From contig JAZDGT010000015.1 in the NCBI GenBank assembly GCA_043806635.1, positions 964 through 64,963 on the forward strand: 64,000 nt of DNA. The letters run 5' to 3'. Below, in pieces: positions 47,203 to 57,651 of this stretch. Both the position numbers and the translations under genes were made by a program. Numbering within the stretch: the first letter of the stretch is position 1; each line of letters begins with the position of its first letter. The DNA comes from Methanobacteriota archaeon. GTDB lineage: Archaea > Thermoplasmatota > E2 > DHVEG-1. Below the pieces are notes generated by a model, which searched no databases, had not been told where the DNA came from, and saw nothing but the letters and a program-made list of their open reading frames with translations.

Positions 47203-47675
47203 GAGCTCGTTTCACCAGCACGGGTTTCATGGGTTTATATGACAGGCGATAATATTAAGATTGTGTTTAATGTAAGATAAAAAAAAGGGGGATTGAGAGA
47301 GGAACGAGGGGGAGATAAGCGTTGTGCCTCCTTTGTTTTTCACTTTTTGAGGCAGTGAAAAACCCCTTGGTCCGCTCTACGTTGGTAGATAGTCAGTTGT
47401 CTCTTCGATTTGGACAGATGTAGAAGACTTCCTTATCCACGAGTTCTAGTTCACCGAAATATTTATTGTTCGGATACTTTATTTTATTGTTCAGCATAAG
47501 TTTGCCTCGCCCCAATTGCTGTGCAATAGGACACGGGTTAATAATCTTTTCTTTTCGTTTCTATCCTTGTCCAACAGAAGAGGATCCCTTGAGTATACAC
47601 TCCTTATTTCTTGTTGATAACCGTAAGTTTCTAATACTAACGGAATTTACCAGTGGGCAGTCAAGGAACACGGCT

Positions 47676-48347
47676 ATGTTCAAGATAGATCTTCATGTTC
47701 ATTCCCAGTATTCTGAGGATGCAACTGGTACCCCTGAGCAGATAATCAAGATCCTCCAGAAGAAAGGTCTTCATGGTGTCGCCTTCACGGATCATAATAC
47801 GGTGGAGGGAGCGGTGAAAGCAACGAAAATCCAGGTGAAAGATTTCCTGGTGATTCCAGGGTTAGAAATCTCTACTCTTCAAGGTCACCTCTTAGCATTA
47901 AATGTAAAAGAACCGGTGCTGCGAAATCTTTCTGTCGAAGAAACCGTGGAACGCATCAGGAATCTTGGAGGCATCCCCGTAGTTCCTCATCTGTTTCGCC
48001 GTATGTCCGGGATAAAACCAGATAACCTGCAGAAGATTATACAGAAAGTTCCCGCGATGGAGGTGTTTAACGGGTGTAGCCTCCCAAAAACGAATATGAA
48101 AACCGTACAGGTCGCACGAGAACTCCACCTGGGTGGGACGGGGGGGAGCGACACGCATGAGGCGACATACGCGGGTTACGCGTATACCGTGTTTGAGACC
48201 TCTGATTTATCAATGGATACGATACTTTCGGAGCTAGAAAAAAAACGTACTTGGGGGGAAGGGGCAACCATGCCGCTTTCGTATCGACGGGATCGCATGT
48301 TGAAATCCATTAAACAGTTTTTCCAACGCGGGTTTAAACGAATTTAA
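47676..48347 (+). CDS. PHP-domain metal-dependent phosphoesterase
   Basis: Contains MFKIDLHVHSQYSEDATGTPEQII...GVAFTDHNTVEG...GGSDTHE. The 70-codon TTG-initiated extension in the track looks non-coding. Confidence 0.7.
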   Translation: MFKIDLHVHSQYSEDATGTPEQIIKILQKKGLHGVAFTDHNTVEGAVKATKIQVKDFLVIPGLEISTLQGHLLALNVKEPVLRNLSVEETVERIRNLGGIPVVPHLFRRMSGIKPDNLQKIIQKVPAMEVFNGCSLPKTNMKTVQVARELHLGGTGGSDTHEATYAGYAYTVFETSDLSMDTILSELEKKRTWGEGATMPLSYRRDRMLKSIKQFFQRGFKRI

Positions 48348-48429
48348 GATAAAACAGAAGAATTTTATACGTTTCTAATGAAGGACTGAACTGAAAAAAT
48401 TTTAAGGAAGGAAGTACTCTCTATCCTGT

Positions 48430-48912
48430 TTATGTAAATTTACTATCGTACTTCCCTTCATCAATCTCGCGGAGGATTTCTTTTGGTGATTTCCCCTCAA
48501 CGGTAATCCCCATCGTGGTACACGTCCCAATTACTTCTTTTGCTTTGTGTTTTAAATCCTTCCCGAGGAGACTATCGGATTTCATCTTCGCGACCTTCAC
48601 CGCTTGATCAACAGTGAGATTCCCAATCTTATGGGTTGACGGTTTCCCTGATCCTTTCTCCAAACCGAGCTCATGAAGAATCAACGAGGACGCTGGTGGA
48701 GTCCCGACTTCGACATCGAACTTCTTCGTCATCGGGTCAACCTTAACTGTTACGGGGACTTTCATTCCACTAAACTGTTTAGTTTTATCATTAATCATGT
48801 TGATGATCTGCATGATGTTCACACCGAGGGGACCCAACGCCGGTCCTAACGGTGGACCAGCGGATGCTTTTCCACCATCAACTAATGCTTTCACACTTTC
48901 TACCATGATCAC
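48430..48912 (-). CDS. rpl11: 50S ribosomal protein L11 (uL11)
   Basis: Contains GGKASAGPPLGPALGPLGVNI. Has an ATGA overlap with spt5. Confidence 0.92.
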   Translation of the reverse strand: MIMVESVKALVDGGKASAGPPLGPALGPLGVNIMQIINMINDKTKQFSGMKVPVTVKVDPMTKKFDVEVGTPPASSLILHELGLEKGSGKPSTHKIGNLTVDQAVKVAKMKSDSLLGKDLKHKAKEVIGTCTTMGITVEGKSPKEILREIDEGKYDSKFT

Positions 48913-49427
48913 TCATTACTCCTTTTTTCGTCTTCTTGTTTCCTTTTGATAATCCGTACCTGCTCACCCCGAACCGTGATCGGGATAGGAACCATTGCTT
49001 CAAACAACTCCACCGTGATCTCCTCTTTCGTATCATCAATATGGGTGACTTTCGCAGTTTCCCCACGGAACGGACCCGCGACCATCTCCACAATATCACC
49101 CTCAGTGATCTTCGCCACCGCGGATGCCGGCGTCAGAAAATGCTGAATCTGATCGATCGGTATATCACCATCAAGCATATTACGCGCATACGAAATCGTT
49201 TTAATCATATCCTTAACAAGTTCCTCATTCGTACTCTCAACAAAAATATACCCACGAAGCTCAGGAGTCACGAGAATCGACGGAATATCAATCTTCGACT
49301 TCTTCGCCCGACTATTAATTAAATCAGCCGTATTCTGCTCCTTACCCACCTGGGTTTTAATCGAGAAAATCCTCGTTGGTTCTTCATCAACACCTAAAGA
49401 ATCAGTACCCTGCATATTACTCATCAC
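48909..49427 (-). CDS. spt5: Transcription elongation factor Spt5 (archaeal NusG)
   Basis: NGN domain (IFSIKTQVGKEQNTA...RGYIFVE) plus KOW (GDIVEMVAGPFRGETAKV). Confidence 0.88.
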   Translation of the reverse strand: MMSNMQGTDSLGVDEEPTRIFSIKTQVGKEQNTADLINSRAKKSKIDIPSILVTPELRGYIFVESTNEELVKDMIKTISYARNMLDGDIPIDQIQHFLTPASAVAKITEGDIVEMVAGPFRGETAKVTHIDDTKEEITVELFEAMVPIPITVRGEQVRIIKRKQEDEKRSNE

Positions 49428-49437
49428 CTATAATTCT

Positions 49438-49695
49438 TCAACGACCAAACATGCCTAAAATCAACGGGACGACAACTTGTCGAATAATGTAAATAATAAA
49501 ACCGACAAGCCCGATTAACAGAATCCCTAATCCCGTGATCTTCGCAGTCTTCTCGTATTCCTCATTCGTTGGTTTCCGAGCCATCTTAAAGACTCGACCG
49601 TATTTCCCTTTCCCGAATCGCTGCTGCCGCGCTTCTATCCTTTGCTGAATATCCCACGCTTTACCAACGATACCTGTTTTTTCGGTATTCAACAC
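49438..49695 (-). CDS. secE: Preprotein translocase subunit SecE (Sec61 gamma)
   Basis: Contains RKPTNEEYEKTAKITGLGILLIGLVGFIIYII, a single C-terminal TM helix. Its position upstream of spt5 is conserved. Confidence 0.8.
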   Translation of the reverse strand: MLNTEKTGIVGKAWDIQQRIEARQQRFGKGKYGRVFKMARKPTNEEYEKTAKITGLGILLIGLVGFIIYIIRQVVVPLILGMFGR

Positions 49696-49770
49696 AAATC
49701 ACCCTATTGTAAGATAAAAGGTCAAACAGAAAGGGATATATAAATAATTTGGCAGGATTACCTAGGAGGA

Positions 49771-50907
49771 TTACGTCACGAAATCAATCCCATATCCCCG
49801 TTCTCCCATGGCCCGTTGTGCTGGCCCGAGCACCTGCTTCGACTTCACCCCAGTAATAACGAGCATCGCCCTGATCGTTCGCTTCAACGTCGGATCAATC
49901 GTCGTACCCCAGATGATACGCGCATTCGGGTCAACACGAGAATACACCTCTTCAACGACCTTCTCTGCCTCACTAATCGTCATATCATCCCCACCAGTCA
50001 CATTCACCAGTGCACCGGTCGCCTCAGAGATATCCACCTCAAGCAACGGGGAGTTCAATGCTTCAACCACCGCGTTCACTGCTTTATTCTCACCTTCTGC
50101 TTCACCAAGACCAATCATCGCGACACCGCCACGCTTCATCACCGTTTTTAAATCAGCGAAATCAAGGTTCACTAATCCCGGTTTCGTGATCATCTCCGTG
50201 ATTCCCTTAATAGACCGCATCAAGACCTCATCAGAAACCTTAAACGCGGCATTCAAACTCAGATTCGGTACGATATCCAACAACTTATCATTCGGAATAA
50301 CAATCACCGTGTCACAGACATCCCGGAGCCGCCGTAACCCTTCATCAGCGTTCCCCATACGAACAGCACCCTCAACATTAAAAGGAAGCGTCGCAACACC
50401 AATCGTTAACGCGCCTGCCTCCTTCGCAATCTGAGCAACAATCGGTGCGGAACCAGTCCCAGTTCCTCCACCAAGCCCACAGGTCACGAACACCATATCC
50501 GCGGGGATAATAGCCTCACGGATACTTTGCTCACTCTCCCGTGCAGCCTCCTCACCAACCTGAGGAAGAGAACCCGCCCCTAACCCGCGGGTGAGATGCC
50601 GCCCGATAAGGATCTTATGCGATGCACTAGTCATCAACAGATGCTGTGCATCAGTATTCATAGCGATTAACTCCGCTCCATCAATGCCCTCGGCCATACA
50701 TCGTCCTATCGTGTTACTTCCAGCGCCACCACAACCGATAACCTTTATTATGGTCGTTAACCCCGCTAAAACTTCCTCTAATTCCTCATCGTTAACCCCA
50801 GCAATCGTTATCGTACTTTTCTCCGGTTTCACTGTCTTTTTCACCTGCGTATCTTCCTTATCTTCTGCATTCATATTATTCACTGCATCTTCAACAATCT
50901 TCTTCAT
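49771..50907 (-). CDS. ftsZ: Cell division GTPase FtsZ
   Basis: Contains GCGGAGSN and [12 protein letters not shown] (tubulin signature), and NTDAQ. Confidence 0.93.
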   Translation of the reverse strand: MKKIVEDAVNNMNAEDKEDTQVKKTVKPEKSTITIAGVNDEELEEVLAGLTTIIKVIGCGGAGSNTIGRCMAEGIDGAELIAMNTDAQHLLMTSASHKILIGRHLTRGLGAGSLPQVGEEAARESEQSIREAIIPADMVFVTCGLGGGTGTGSAPIVAQIAKEAGALTIGVATLPFNVEGAVRMGNADEGLRRLRDVCDTVIVIPNDKLLDIVPNLSLNAAFKVSDEVLMRSIKGITEMITKPGLVNLDFADLKTVMKRGGVAMIGLGEAEGENKAVNAVVEALNSPLLEVDISEATGALVNVTGGDDMTISEAEKVVEEVYSRVDPNARIIWGTTIDPTLKRTIRAMLVITGVKSKQVLGPAQRAMGERGYGIDFVT

Positions 50908-50995
50908 GAAATCACGATCCCTTAATAACTCCCTCTCAACAAATTATATTTTTTGTTCAATATTGTAAAGGCATATGACTTATTAAAATATTTCC

Positions 50996-51877
50996 TCAGA
51001 CCGGGGTGGCTTCTAAAGAAAAATCCTTGCTTTTCACGCTATGCGTGAGTGAGCCTAAGGAGATCCGGTCAGCAAAATCTGCATAATTCGCAATATTTCT
51101 CCGAGTAATACCTCCGGAGATTTCAATAATGATATGCGGATTAATCTGTCGTATTTTACCTGCGACGCATCTCCCTTTAACAGGAGAAAAATTATCTAAC
51201 ATGATAATATCCGCGTTCATCTGAGCCGCAACCAGAGCATCCTCCTGGGTTTCGACTTCAATCTCAATCGTATCACCCGGGTGTTTCTCCTGAACACGTT
51301 GAAGAGCCTCCTGAATGGAACCATACAATTTGATATGATTATCTTTGATGAGGATCATATCATATAACCCGAAGCGATGAGGGTCTCCGCCTCCGAGAAC
51401 AACTGCTTTTTTCTCGTATTTTCGGAACCCGGGGGTCGTCTTCCGGGTAGCCGCAATCGTCACCTTAGGGTTAAGACGTTTACAGCGAGTAACCAAATCA
51501 TTGGTTTCAGTAGCGATTCCACTCATCCGACAGATAAAATTCAGGGCTAAACGCTCTCCTTTGAGGATTGACCGTATCGAACCAGCAACCTTTAACACCG
51601 TTGTTTGATGGTGTACGCGACTGCCATCCTGAACCAGCGCAGCTGCTTGTGCACCGGTTTTTGTGAACACACTCATTGCTTCTTCGAGACCGGCGACGAT
51701 GCAGGATTCCTTCGCGATGATTATTCCTTGTCCTTTTTCGTCCGTGAATAATGACTCTGAAGTGATGTCTCCTTCTGTACCAAGGTCTTCTCGCAGGTAC
51801 CGGTCGATATCATCCATACCATTTTTTATACTGATTCGTTCTATTAAGGTTTTGGTGGCCTGTATGAAACTCGGCAT
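50996..51877 (-). CDS. nadC: Nicotinate-nucleotide pyrophosphorylase (quinolinate phosphoribosyltransferase)
   Basis: Contains LREDLGTEGDITS and ATRKTTPGFRKYEKKAVVLGGGDPHRFGLYDMILIKDNHI. The start is uncertain (51877 or the Met at 51817). The longer form overlaps the nadX start by 14 nt. Confidence 0.85.
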   Translation of the reverse strand: MPSFIQATKTLIERISIKNGMDDIDRYLREDLGTEGDITSESLFTDEKGQGIIIAKESCIVAGLEEAMSVFTKTGAQAAALVQDGSRVHHQTTVLKVAGSIRSILKGERLALNFICRMSGIATETNDLVTRCKRLNPKVTIAATRKTTPGFRKYEKKAVVLGGGDPHRFGLYDMILIKDNHIKLYGSIQEALQRVQEKHPGDTIEIEVETQEDALVAAQMNADIIMLDNFSPVKGRCVAGKIRQINPHIIIEISGGITRRNIANYADFADRISLGSLTHSVKSKDFSLEATPV

Positions 51878-52628
51878 AATTGGTTGCGGCGCAATTGGAA
51901 ACGATATCGGTAAAGCAGCAGATACGATGAAAGAAATCGAGAAGATCTACCTCTGGGATATAAAAGCGAAAGCCTCAGAAGACCTCTGTGCTCTCCTAAA
52001 AAAAGCGGAGATCCTGCCCGTTGAACAGTTCCTTAAGGTTGTCGATGTCGTCATTGAGGCTGCATCACAACAAGCAGTTGTACAATACGGGGTGATGGTT
52101 CTTGAATCAGGGAAAGATCTGATCCTGATGAGTGTTGGTAGCTTATTTGATGACAAGTTACAGAAGAAATTGGAGGATACTGCACGGAAACAGCATTGTA
52201 AGATTTATCTTCCCTCTGGAGCAGTCTGTGGTATTGATGGGATATTAGCCGCAGGTATTGATGAACTGAATAGTGTGACGTTGGTGACGACGAAACCACC
52301 CGCGTCTCTTGGGTTGAAGGTTGATAGACGGACAGTTGTCTTCCGTGGTTCTGCTCGTGAGGCGGTGAAGAAATTCCCAAAGAATATCAATGTTGCCGCA
52401 TCATTGTCTCTAGCAGGCATAGGGTTTGATGAGACGAAGGTGGAGATCGTGGCTGATCCGGTGGAGTCCCGGATTTCTCATAAGATCCTTGCGCATGGGC
52501 ATTTTGGGAGGCTTCGTGCTGAGGTGGAGAACATGCCGAATCCGAATAATCCTCAGTCGAGTTATATGGCGTCATTGTCTGCTATCGCCCTATTACGCAG
52601 GATTATCGATCCAATTCAAATCGGGTGA
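51864..52628 (+). CDS. nadX: L-aspartate dehydrogenase
   Basis: Contains MKLGIIGCGAIGNDIG, PSGAVCGIDG and FPKNINVAASLSLAG...NPQSSYMASLSA. The start is moved from the track's 51663. Confidence 0.8.
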   Translation: MKLGIIGCGAIGNDIGKAADTMKEIEKIYLWDIKAKASEDLCALLKKAEILPVEQFLKVVDVVIEAASQQAVVQYGVMVLESGKDLILMSVGSLFDDKLQKKLEDTARKQHCKIYLPSGAVCGIDGILAAGIDELNSVTLVTTKPPASLGLKVDRRTVVFRGSAREAVKKFPKNINVAASLSLAGIGFDETKVEIVADPVESRISHKILAHGHFGRLRAEVENMPNPNNPQSSYMASLSAIALLRRIIDPIQIG

Positions 52629-52783
52629 TTTACGAGAAGAGCATACCTTTGTAACGGTGTAAAGATAAAACATAGTTTTATATAGACGGAACACCCCGCC
52701 ATGCCATTTTTACTTTTTCGTAACAGGAAATAAAACTAACAGCTAAATAGGCCTCATCTCTTTCTCGTCCGTTAGTGAAACCT

Positions 52784-54742
52784 ATGACGTTTGAAATCAA
52801 GGAGCGAGACGCCGCAGGTCGCATCTGCAGATTCACAACAAGACACGGAACGGTCACCACCCCCACACTCCTCCCCGTAATTAATCCGAATAAAATGATT
52901 ATACCCCCAAAAGAAATGAAAAAACTCTTCGGCACAGAAATCGTCATCACCAACTCATACATCATCCACAAAAACCCTACCCACCGAGACCACGCACTCC
53001 ACCATGGAGTACATGATCTCATAGATTTCGACGGACCAATCATGACCGACTCAGGAACATTCCAATCCTACGTCTACGGCGACATCGACATCGACCCCAT
53101 AGAAATCGTTGAATTCCAACGAGACATCGGAAGCGACATCGGAACCATACTTGACATATTCGGGACACCCCGCCAAACAAGAACACAAGCACAACACGGA
53201 ATACAAGAAACACTCTCCCGCGCAAAAAAAAGCATACGGGTCAAAGGAGACATGCTCCTCGCCTGCACCGTACAAGGATCAATATACCCAGATCTCCGTG
53301 AACACTGCGCCAGAGAACTCAGCACATTACGCGCGGATTTCTTCCCGATCGGCGGCGTCGTACCCCTCATGGAAAACCAGCGATACACCGATCTCGTCCG
53401 CGTTATCCTTGCAGCAAAACAAGGGCTCGACCCATCAAAACCGGTTCATCTCTTCGGAGCAGGACACCCACTCCTCTTCCCCCTCGCTGTCGCCCTGGGA
53501 TGTGATTTCTTCGACTCGTCAGCCTACGCGAAATATGCGCAGGATAAACGAATGATGTTTCCCGGAGGCACCAGTGTATTAACTGATCTCCAAGAGCTTC
53601 CATGCTGTTGCCCGGTATGCTCCCGGTACACGGTTTCTGAGCTCCAAGACCTTGACGCGGAACGATTAACCATAGAATTAGCGAAACATAACCTATTTGT
53701 GAGTTTCTCAGAGATACGCCGCATACGAACTGCCATCCGCGAGGGGACGCTCTGGGAGCTTGTCGAACGAAGAGCATACGAGAACCCAATGCTTCTCTCA
53801 TCACTCTCTGAATTAAGAAAAACAAAGCATAAACAATGGATGGAACGATTCGAACCAATCAGTAAGAAACGAGCGGTGTTTTATACTGGTAGCCACACCA
53901 TCCATCGACCACTACTCTATCGGACTCATCAACGACTACTCCATCGCTATAAACCCTTGTTTGACACAACCGTGCTGGTTCCTGAAGGAAAAAAACCGTA
54001 TACGAAATATCATCTGAAAACGCTCCACCAACTTTTCACAACACAACCAGTGAATATCGTCGTGAATTCATCATTAGGACCTGTCCCCCTCGAACTTGAT
54101 GAATATTATCCGTTCGCCCAGTCTATTTTTCCAGAAACAACAGATAGTGAGACGAAGGAAGTAGTGAACAAAATTGCTCATGATTTCCTGAAAAAAACAA
54201 CGGTTGTAGTTTGGAAAGGTACTCAGACGTTGCAGAAACGTCGGAGAGTAAAAAAGAAGAAACCATCGTCTCCCGTTGAGATTGATATGGACCTATGGAG
54301 GATATCTGCGGTGGCGACCATGCAATTTGGGAGAGGCGCCGCAACGGCATTATTCAAAGGAGACGTACGAATAATGAAATCAAAAACGACTCAGAAGATT
54401 CGTACGGTTTTCTGTAACGGTGAGCATGTAGTCTCATTACGTGCAGAGGATGGTTTTTTTACGCTGCGAAGTAGTGGCGGAAAACGACTTCACCAGTCAT
54501 TCAAATCGCCTAGATCACGGGTGATTGTGGATCCAGATGCTTCCCCTTTTATCCGAGAAGGAAAGAATGTGTTTGCGAAGTTTGTCCTTGATGCAGACCC
54601 TGAGCTACGACCTGATGATGAGTGTTTGATCGTTGATAAAAAAGATCATCTACTTGCTATCGGCAGAGTAGTATTGAATCGTGAGGAGATGCTTGCTTTT
54701 ACGTATGGGATAGCAGTGCGAACTCGAGAGCCCGTTGAATAA
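52784..54742 (+). CDS. tgtA: Archaeosine tRNA-guanine transglycosylase (ArcTGT) with C-terminal PUA domain
   Basis: Contains MTFEIKERDAAGRICRFTTRHGTVTTPTLLPVINP, MTDSGTFQ and a CCCPVC zinc site. An alternative GTG start is at 52775. Confidence 0.88.
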   Translation: MTFEIKERDAAGRICRFTTRHGTVTTPTLLPVINPNKMIIPPKEMKKLFGTEIVITNSYIIHKNPTHRDHALHHGVHDLIDFDGPIMTDSGTFQSYVYGDIDIDPIEIVEFQRDIGSDIGTILDIFGTPRQTRTQAQHGIQETLSRAKKSIRVKGDMLLACTVQGSIYPDLREHCARELSTLRADFFPIGGVVPLMENQRYTDLVRVILAAKQGLDPSKPVHLFGAGHPLLFPLAVALGCDFFDSSAYAKYAQDKRMMFPGGTSVLTDLQELPCCCPVCSRYTVSELQDLDAERLTIELAKHNLFVSFSEIRRIRTAIREGTLWELVERRAYENPMLLSSLSELRKTKHKQWMERFEPISKKRAVFYTGSHTIHRPLLYRTHQRLLHRYKPLFDTTVLVPEGKKPYTKYHLKTLHQLFTTQPVNIVVNSSLGPVPLELDEYYPFAQSIFPETTDSETKEVVNKIAHDFLKKTTVVVWKGTQTLQKRRRVKKKKPSSPVEIDMDLWRISAVATMQFGRGAATALFKGDVRIMKSKTTQKIRTVFCNGEHVVSLRAEDGFFTLRSSGGKRLHQSFKSPRSRVIVDPDASPFIREGKNVFAKFVLDADPELRPDDECLIVDKKDHLLAIGRVVLNREEMLAFTYGIAVRTREPVE

Positions 54743-54841
54743 TCGGATAAAAATCGATAAAACAGTGTGTTCATTTTTGTAGTAGTGTTATACACAATTA
54801 TAAAAAATAGTAGATGTTTTACTGAAATGAGGGATTACACT

Positions 54842-56113
54842 ATGTCGAATACGAAAACTTCAAAGGTCTCTGGGTTCTATAAACTCCCAATCGAGGACCG
54901 AATAAACTTTGTGAAAGAGTTCGTTGGTTTAACCCAGGAGGAAACACGGTTGTTCTCCGAGCCGATGGATCTGAAAACCGCGGATAGAATGATTGAGAAC
55001 GTCCTCGGGACTTTTGAGTTACCTTTGGGTCTTGCAGTGAATTTTACTATTAACGGGAAAGATTATCTTATCCCGATGGCGGTTGAAGAGTCGAGTGTGG
55101 TTGCTGCAGCGAGTAACTCGGCGAGGATAGCCCGGGTGAAAGGCGGGTTTACGACGTGGTCTTCATCTCCGCTGATGATTGGTCAATTACAACTGCTTCA
55201 TGTTTCCGACCCGGTTCATGCTGCTCAGACGATTATTCAGCATAAGAAAGAGTTGCTCCATCTGGCGAATGAGCAGGATAAAATCCTCACAGGGTTAGGT
55301 GGAGGCGCAAAAGATGTTGAAGTCCGTATTCTTGATAGTCCTCTGGGAAAAATGATTGTTACTCATCTGATTGTGGACGTCTGTGATGCGATGGGTGCGA
55401 ACGCGGTGAATACGATGTGTGAAGCACTTGCTCCTATTCTTGAGGAGTTGACTGGTGGGAAAATCCGTTTGAAAATTCTGTCGAACCTAGCGGATAAACG
55501 GATTGTGAGAGCACGTGCGGTTTTTGATAAAGGAACCATGGGTGGTGAAGACGTCGTTGATGCGTTCCTTGAATCGTATACGTTAGCGGTGATTGACCCG
55601 TATCGTGCAGCAACGCATAATAAAGGGATTATGAACGGGATTGATGCCGTGATTTTGGCTACGGGGAATGATTTCCGCGCGATTGAGGCAGGTGCGCACG
55701 CGTATGCTGCGCGTACCGGAATGTATACGTCTCTCACCCGGTATGAGAAAAACAAGGATGGGGATCTGGTTGGAGAAATCGAGCTGCCGCTGGCGGTCGG
55801 TATCGTCGGTGGTGCAGCAACGATTCATCCGAAGGCGCAGCTGTGCCGGAAAATCCTTGGGATAAAATCCGCGCGTGAGCTTGCAGAAATTGTCGCAAGC
55901 GTCGGTCTAGCACAAAACTTTGCCGCGGTGCTTGCGCTCTCCACGGTGGGTATACAGAAAGGACATATGTCGTTGCATGCGAAAAACATCGCGGTCATGG
56001 CTGGGGCGCACGGGGACGAGATTGAATCACTCGCTGACCATCTTATTCAGGAGAATAAAATAAAACTTGACCGTGCGAAAGAACTCCTGACCCAGATGAG
56101 AAAAAAGAAATAA
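54842..56113 (+). CDS. hmgA: HMG-CoA reductase, class II-like
   Basis: Contains MIENVLGTFELPLGLAVNFTINGKDYLIPMAVEESSVVAAASN and DAMGAN. This resembles the Pseudomonas/Archaeoglobus class II sequence. There is no N-terminal membrane domain. The start is 54842 or 54827. Confidence 0.8.
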   Translation: MSNTKTSKVSGFYKLPIEDRINFVKEFVGLTQEETRLFSEPMDLKTADRMIENVLGTFELPLGLAVNFTINGKDYLIPMAVEESSVVAAASNSARIARVKGGFTTWSSSPLMIGQLQLLHVSDPVHAAQTIIQHKKELLHLANEQDKILTGLGGGAKDVEVRILDSPLGKMIVTHLIVDVCDAMGANAVNTMCEALAPILEELTGGKIRLKILSNLADKRIVRARAVFDKGTMGGEDVVDAFLESYTLAVIDPYRAATHNKGIMNGIDAVILATGNDFRAIEAGAHAYAARTGMYTSLTRYEKNKDGDLVGEIELPLAVGIVGGAATIHPKAQLCRKILGIKSARELAEIVASVGLAQNFAAVLALSTVGIQKGHMSLHAKNIAVMAGAHGDEIESLADHLIQENKIKLDRAKELLTQMRKKK

Positions 56114-56125
56114 TTTTCCTCTACT

Positions 56126-56578
56126 TCAAGTGATACGCTCAGCGATATCCTCAGGTTCTCGTTCACAATAATAACATTTTATCCGTGGAGGATCTTTACT
56201 GATCACATGGAATCGACTCTGCACCGGCTCCCGCGCGTTTGAGATACACGTCGGGTTTGAACATTTCGCGATTCCTATGATCTCATTTGGTAGTACGACC
56301 ACATGTTTTTTCACGACCTCATAATCACGAATAATGTTTATCGTTGCATTTGGGGCAATTAACGCGATTTTATCCAGTTCTTTCGGGTCTAATTCACGGT
56401 TCTCAATTTTCACGATATCTTTTTTTCCTTTTTTCCCAGACACGTTCATGGCGACACTGACTACGGAGTTGGTGACCTCAGGGATTTTTAACACATGAAG
56501 CACTTTTAACGAGTATCCTGCAGTGATATGATCAATCACCGTCCCGTTTTTAATCGGGGTGATCTTCAACTCCTTCAT
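56126..56578 (-). CDS. pyrI: Aspartate carbamoyltransferase regulatory chain
   Basis: Contains ELKITPIKNGTVIDHI and a C-terminal zinc site CSNPTC...CYYC. Confidence 0.9.
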   Translation of the reverse strand: MKELKITPIKNGTVIDHITAGYSLKVLHVLKIPEVTNSVVSVAMNVSGKKGKKDIVKIENRELDPKELDKIALIAPNATINIIRDYEVVKKHVVVLPNEIIGIAKCSNPTCISNAREPVQSRFHVISKDPPRIKCYYCEREPEDIAERIT

Positions 56579-57513
56579 AGTTGTCTGCCTCCGAGGATTA
56601 GGGATAATAACGCCATCCGTACAGGGACTCCGTTGAACGCTTGTTTAAAATATAATGCATGCGGTGTGGTATCAACCTCGGGATCAATCTCGGTCACCCG
56701 GGGAAGCGGATGCATGATGATGAGATCCGGTTTCGCCTCCTTCAACAACCCGTTATCAACCTTATAGGTTCCCACAACCCGGTTATACTCCTCAGGATCA
56801 GGGAAACGCTCTTTCTGAATCCTGGTGACATACAGGACATCAGCCTCCTTAATGGTTTTCTCTAGATTCGTCGTGGACGTTGGCTCCACCCCAAATTGTT
56901 TGCATTCAGAGATCACCTCTTTCGGCATCTTCAGATTCTCCGGCGAAACAAACGTTAACTCCGCACCAAACAATGAGAGCGCATACGTTAAGGAATGAAC
57001 TGTTCGCCCGTACTTCAGGTCCCCTAACAACACCACGTTCTTCCCTTCGATCTTTTTTTTCTCAGTAAGAATCGTGAATAAATCCAGGAGACATTGCGTT
57101 GGATGTTGACCGGCTCCATCACCCGCGTTAATAATGGGAGACTCTGAGAACTCTGCAGCGAGACGCGCGGCACCCTCCTGCGGATGTCGAATCACAATCA
57201 AATCGCTATACGCATCCGCCATACGAATCGTATCCGCGAGACTCTCCCCTTTCTTCAGAGAAGTCCCTGAAGGATCCGCGAACCCAATCACTTGTCCACC
57301 CAGCCGATGCATCGCACTCTCAAAACTTAACCGTGTCCGAGTACTCGGCTCAAAAAACAACGAAGACATCACATAGTTCCGTAGAATATCAGTGTGCTTC
57401 TTCCCGTTCGCATACGGGATCATTTTTTTTGCGTATGTAAGAATATGATTGATTTCAGTCTTAGAAAAATCCTTTATGGAGACCACGTCTCTATCCTTGA
57501 ACTGCATGGGCAT
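56575..57513 (-). CDS. pyrB: Aspartate carbamoyltransferase catalytic chain
   Basis: Contains FFEPSTRTRLSFE, HPTQ and HPLPR. The start is chosen at MPMQFKDRD. Has an ATGA overlap with pyrI. Confidence 0.9.
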   Translation of the reverse strand: MPMQFKDRDVVSIKDFSKTEINHILTYAKKMIPYANGKKHTDILRNYVMSSLFFEPSTRTRLSFESAMHRLGGQVIGFADPSGTSLKKGESLADTIRMADAYSDLIVIRHPQEGAARLAAEFSESPIINAGDGAGQHPTQCLLDLFTILTEKKKIEGKNVVLLGDLKYGRTVHSLTYALSLFGAELTFVSPENLKMPKEVISECKQFGVEPTSTTNLEKTIKEADVLYVTRIQKERFPDPEEYNRVVGTYKVDNGLLKEAKPDLIIMHPLPRVTEIDPEVDTTPHALYFKQAFNGVPVRMALLSLILGGRQL

Positions 57514-57651
57514 CAAAAAGAGGTAAATAGGCTCCCAGTTTAAGAAACTTTGTAGGGTAAGAACACACACGGGTTATTCGTACAATTATCTTTTTAAAAA
57601 ACGGGAAAATGTATTAATATAAGAGAATTCTTATACATTAAGGAGAAGATC

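Noticed and set aside
47466-47675. 70-codon TTG-initiated N-terminal extension of the PHP-domain gene. Similar extensions occur at 9765-9836, 51663-51863, 63151-63228, 54767-54841, 42186-42251 and 23233-23262
   Set aside because: The extensions have non-protein-like composition and overlap divergent genes or promoter elements. Family homology begins at the internal Met in each case.
49808-50434. 208-aa plus-strand ORF opposite ftsZ, with similar antisense ORFs at 62582-63082, 6220-6654, 7571-7892 and 53040-53858
   Set aside because: All of them lie antisense or out of frame within genes that have strong family signatures. These are typical long shadow ORFs.
52678-53043. 121-aa minus-strand ORF upstream of and overlapping the ArcTGT start
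   Set aside because: It overlaps the strongly supported tgtA N-terminus and the nadX/tgtA intergenic region, and it has no motifs. It is likely spurious.
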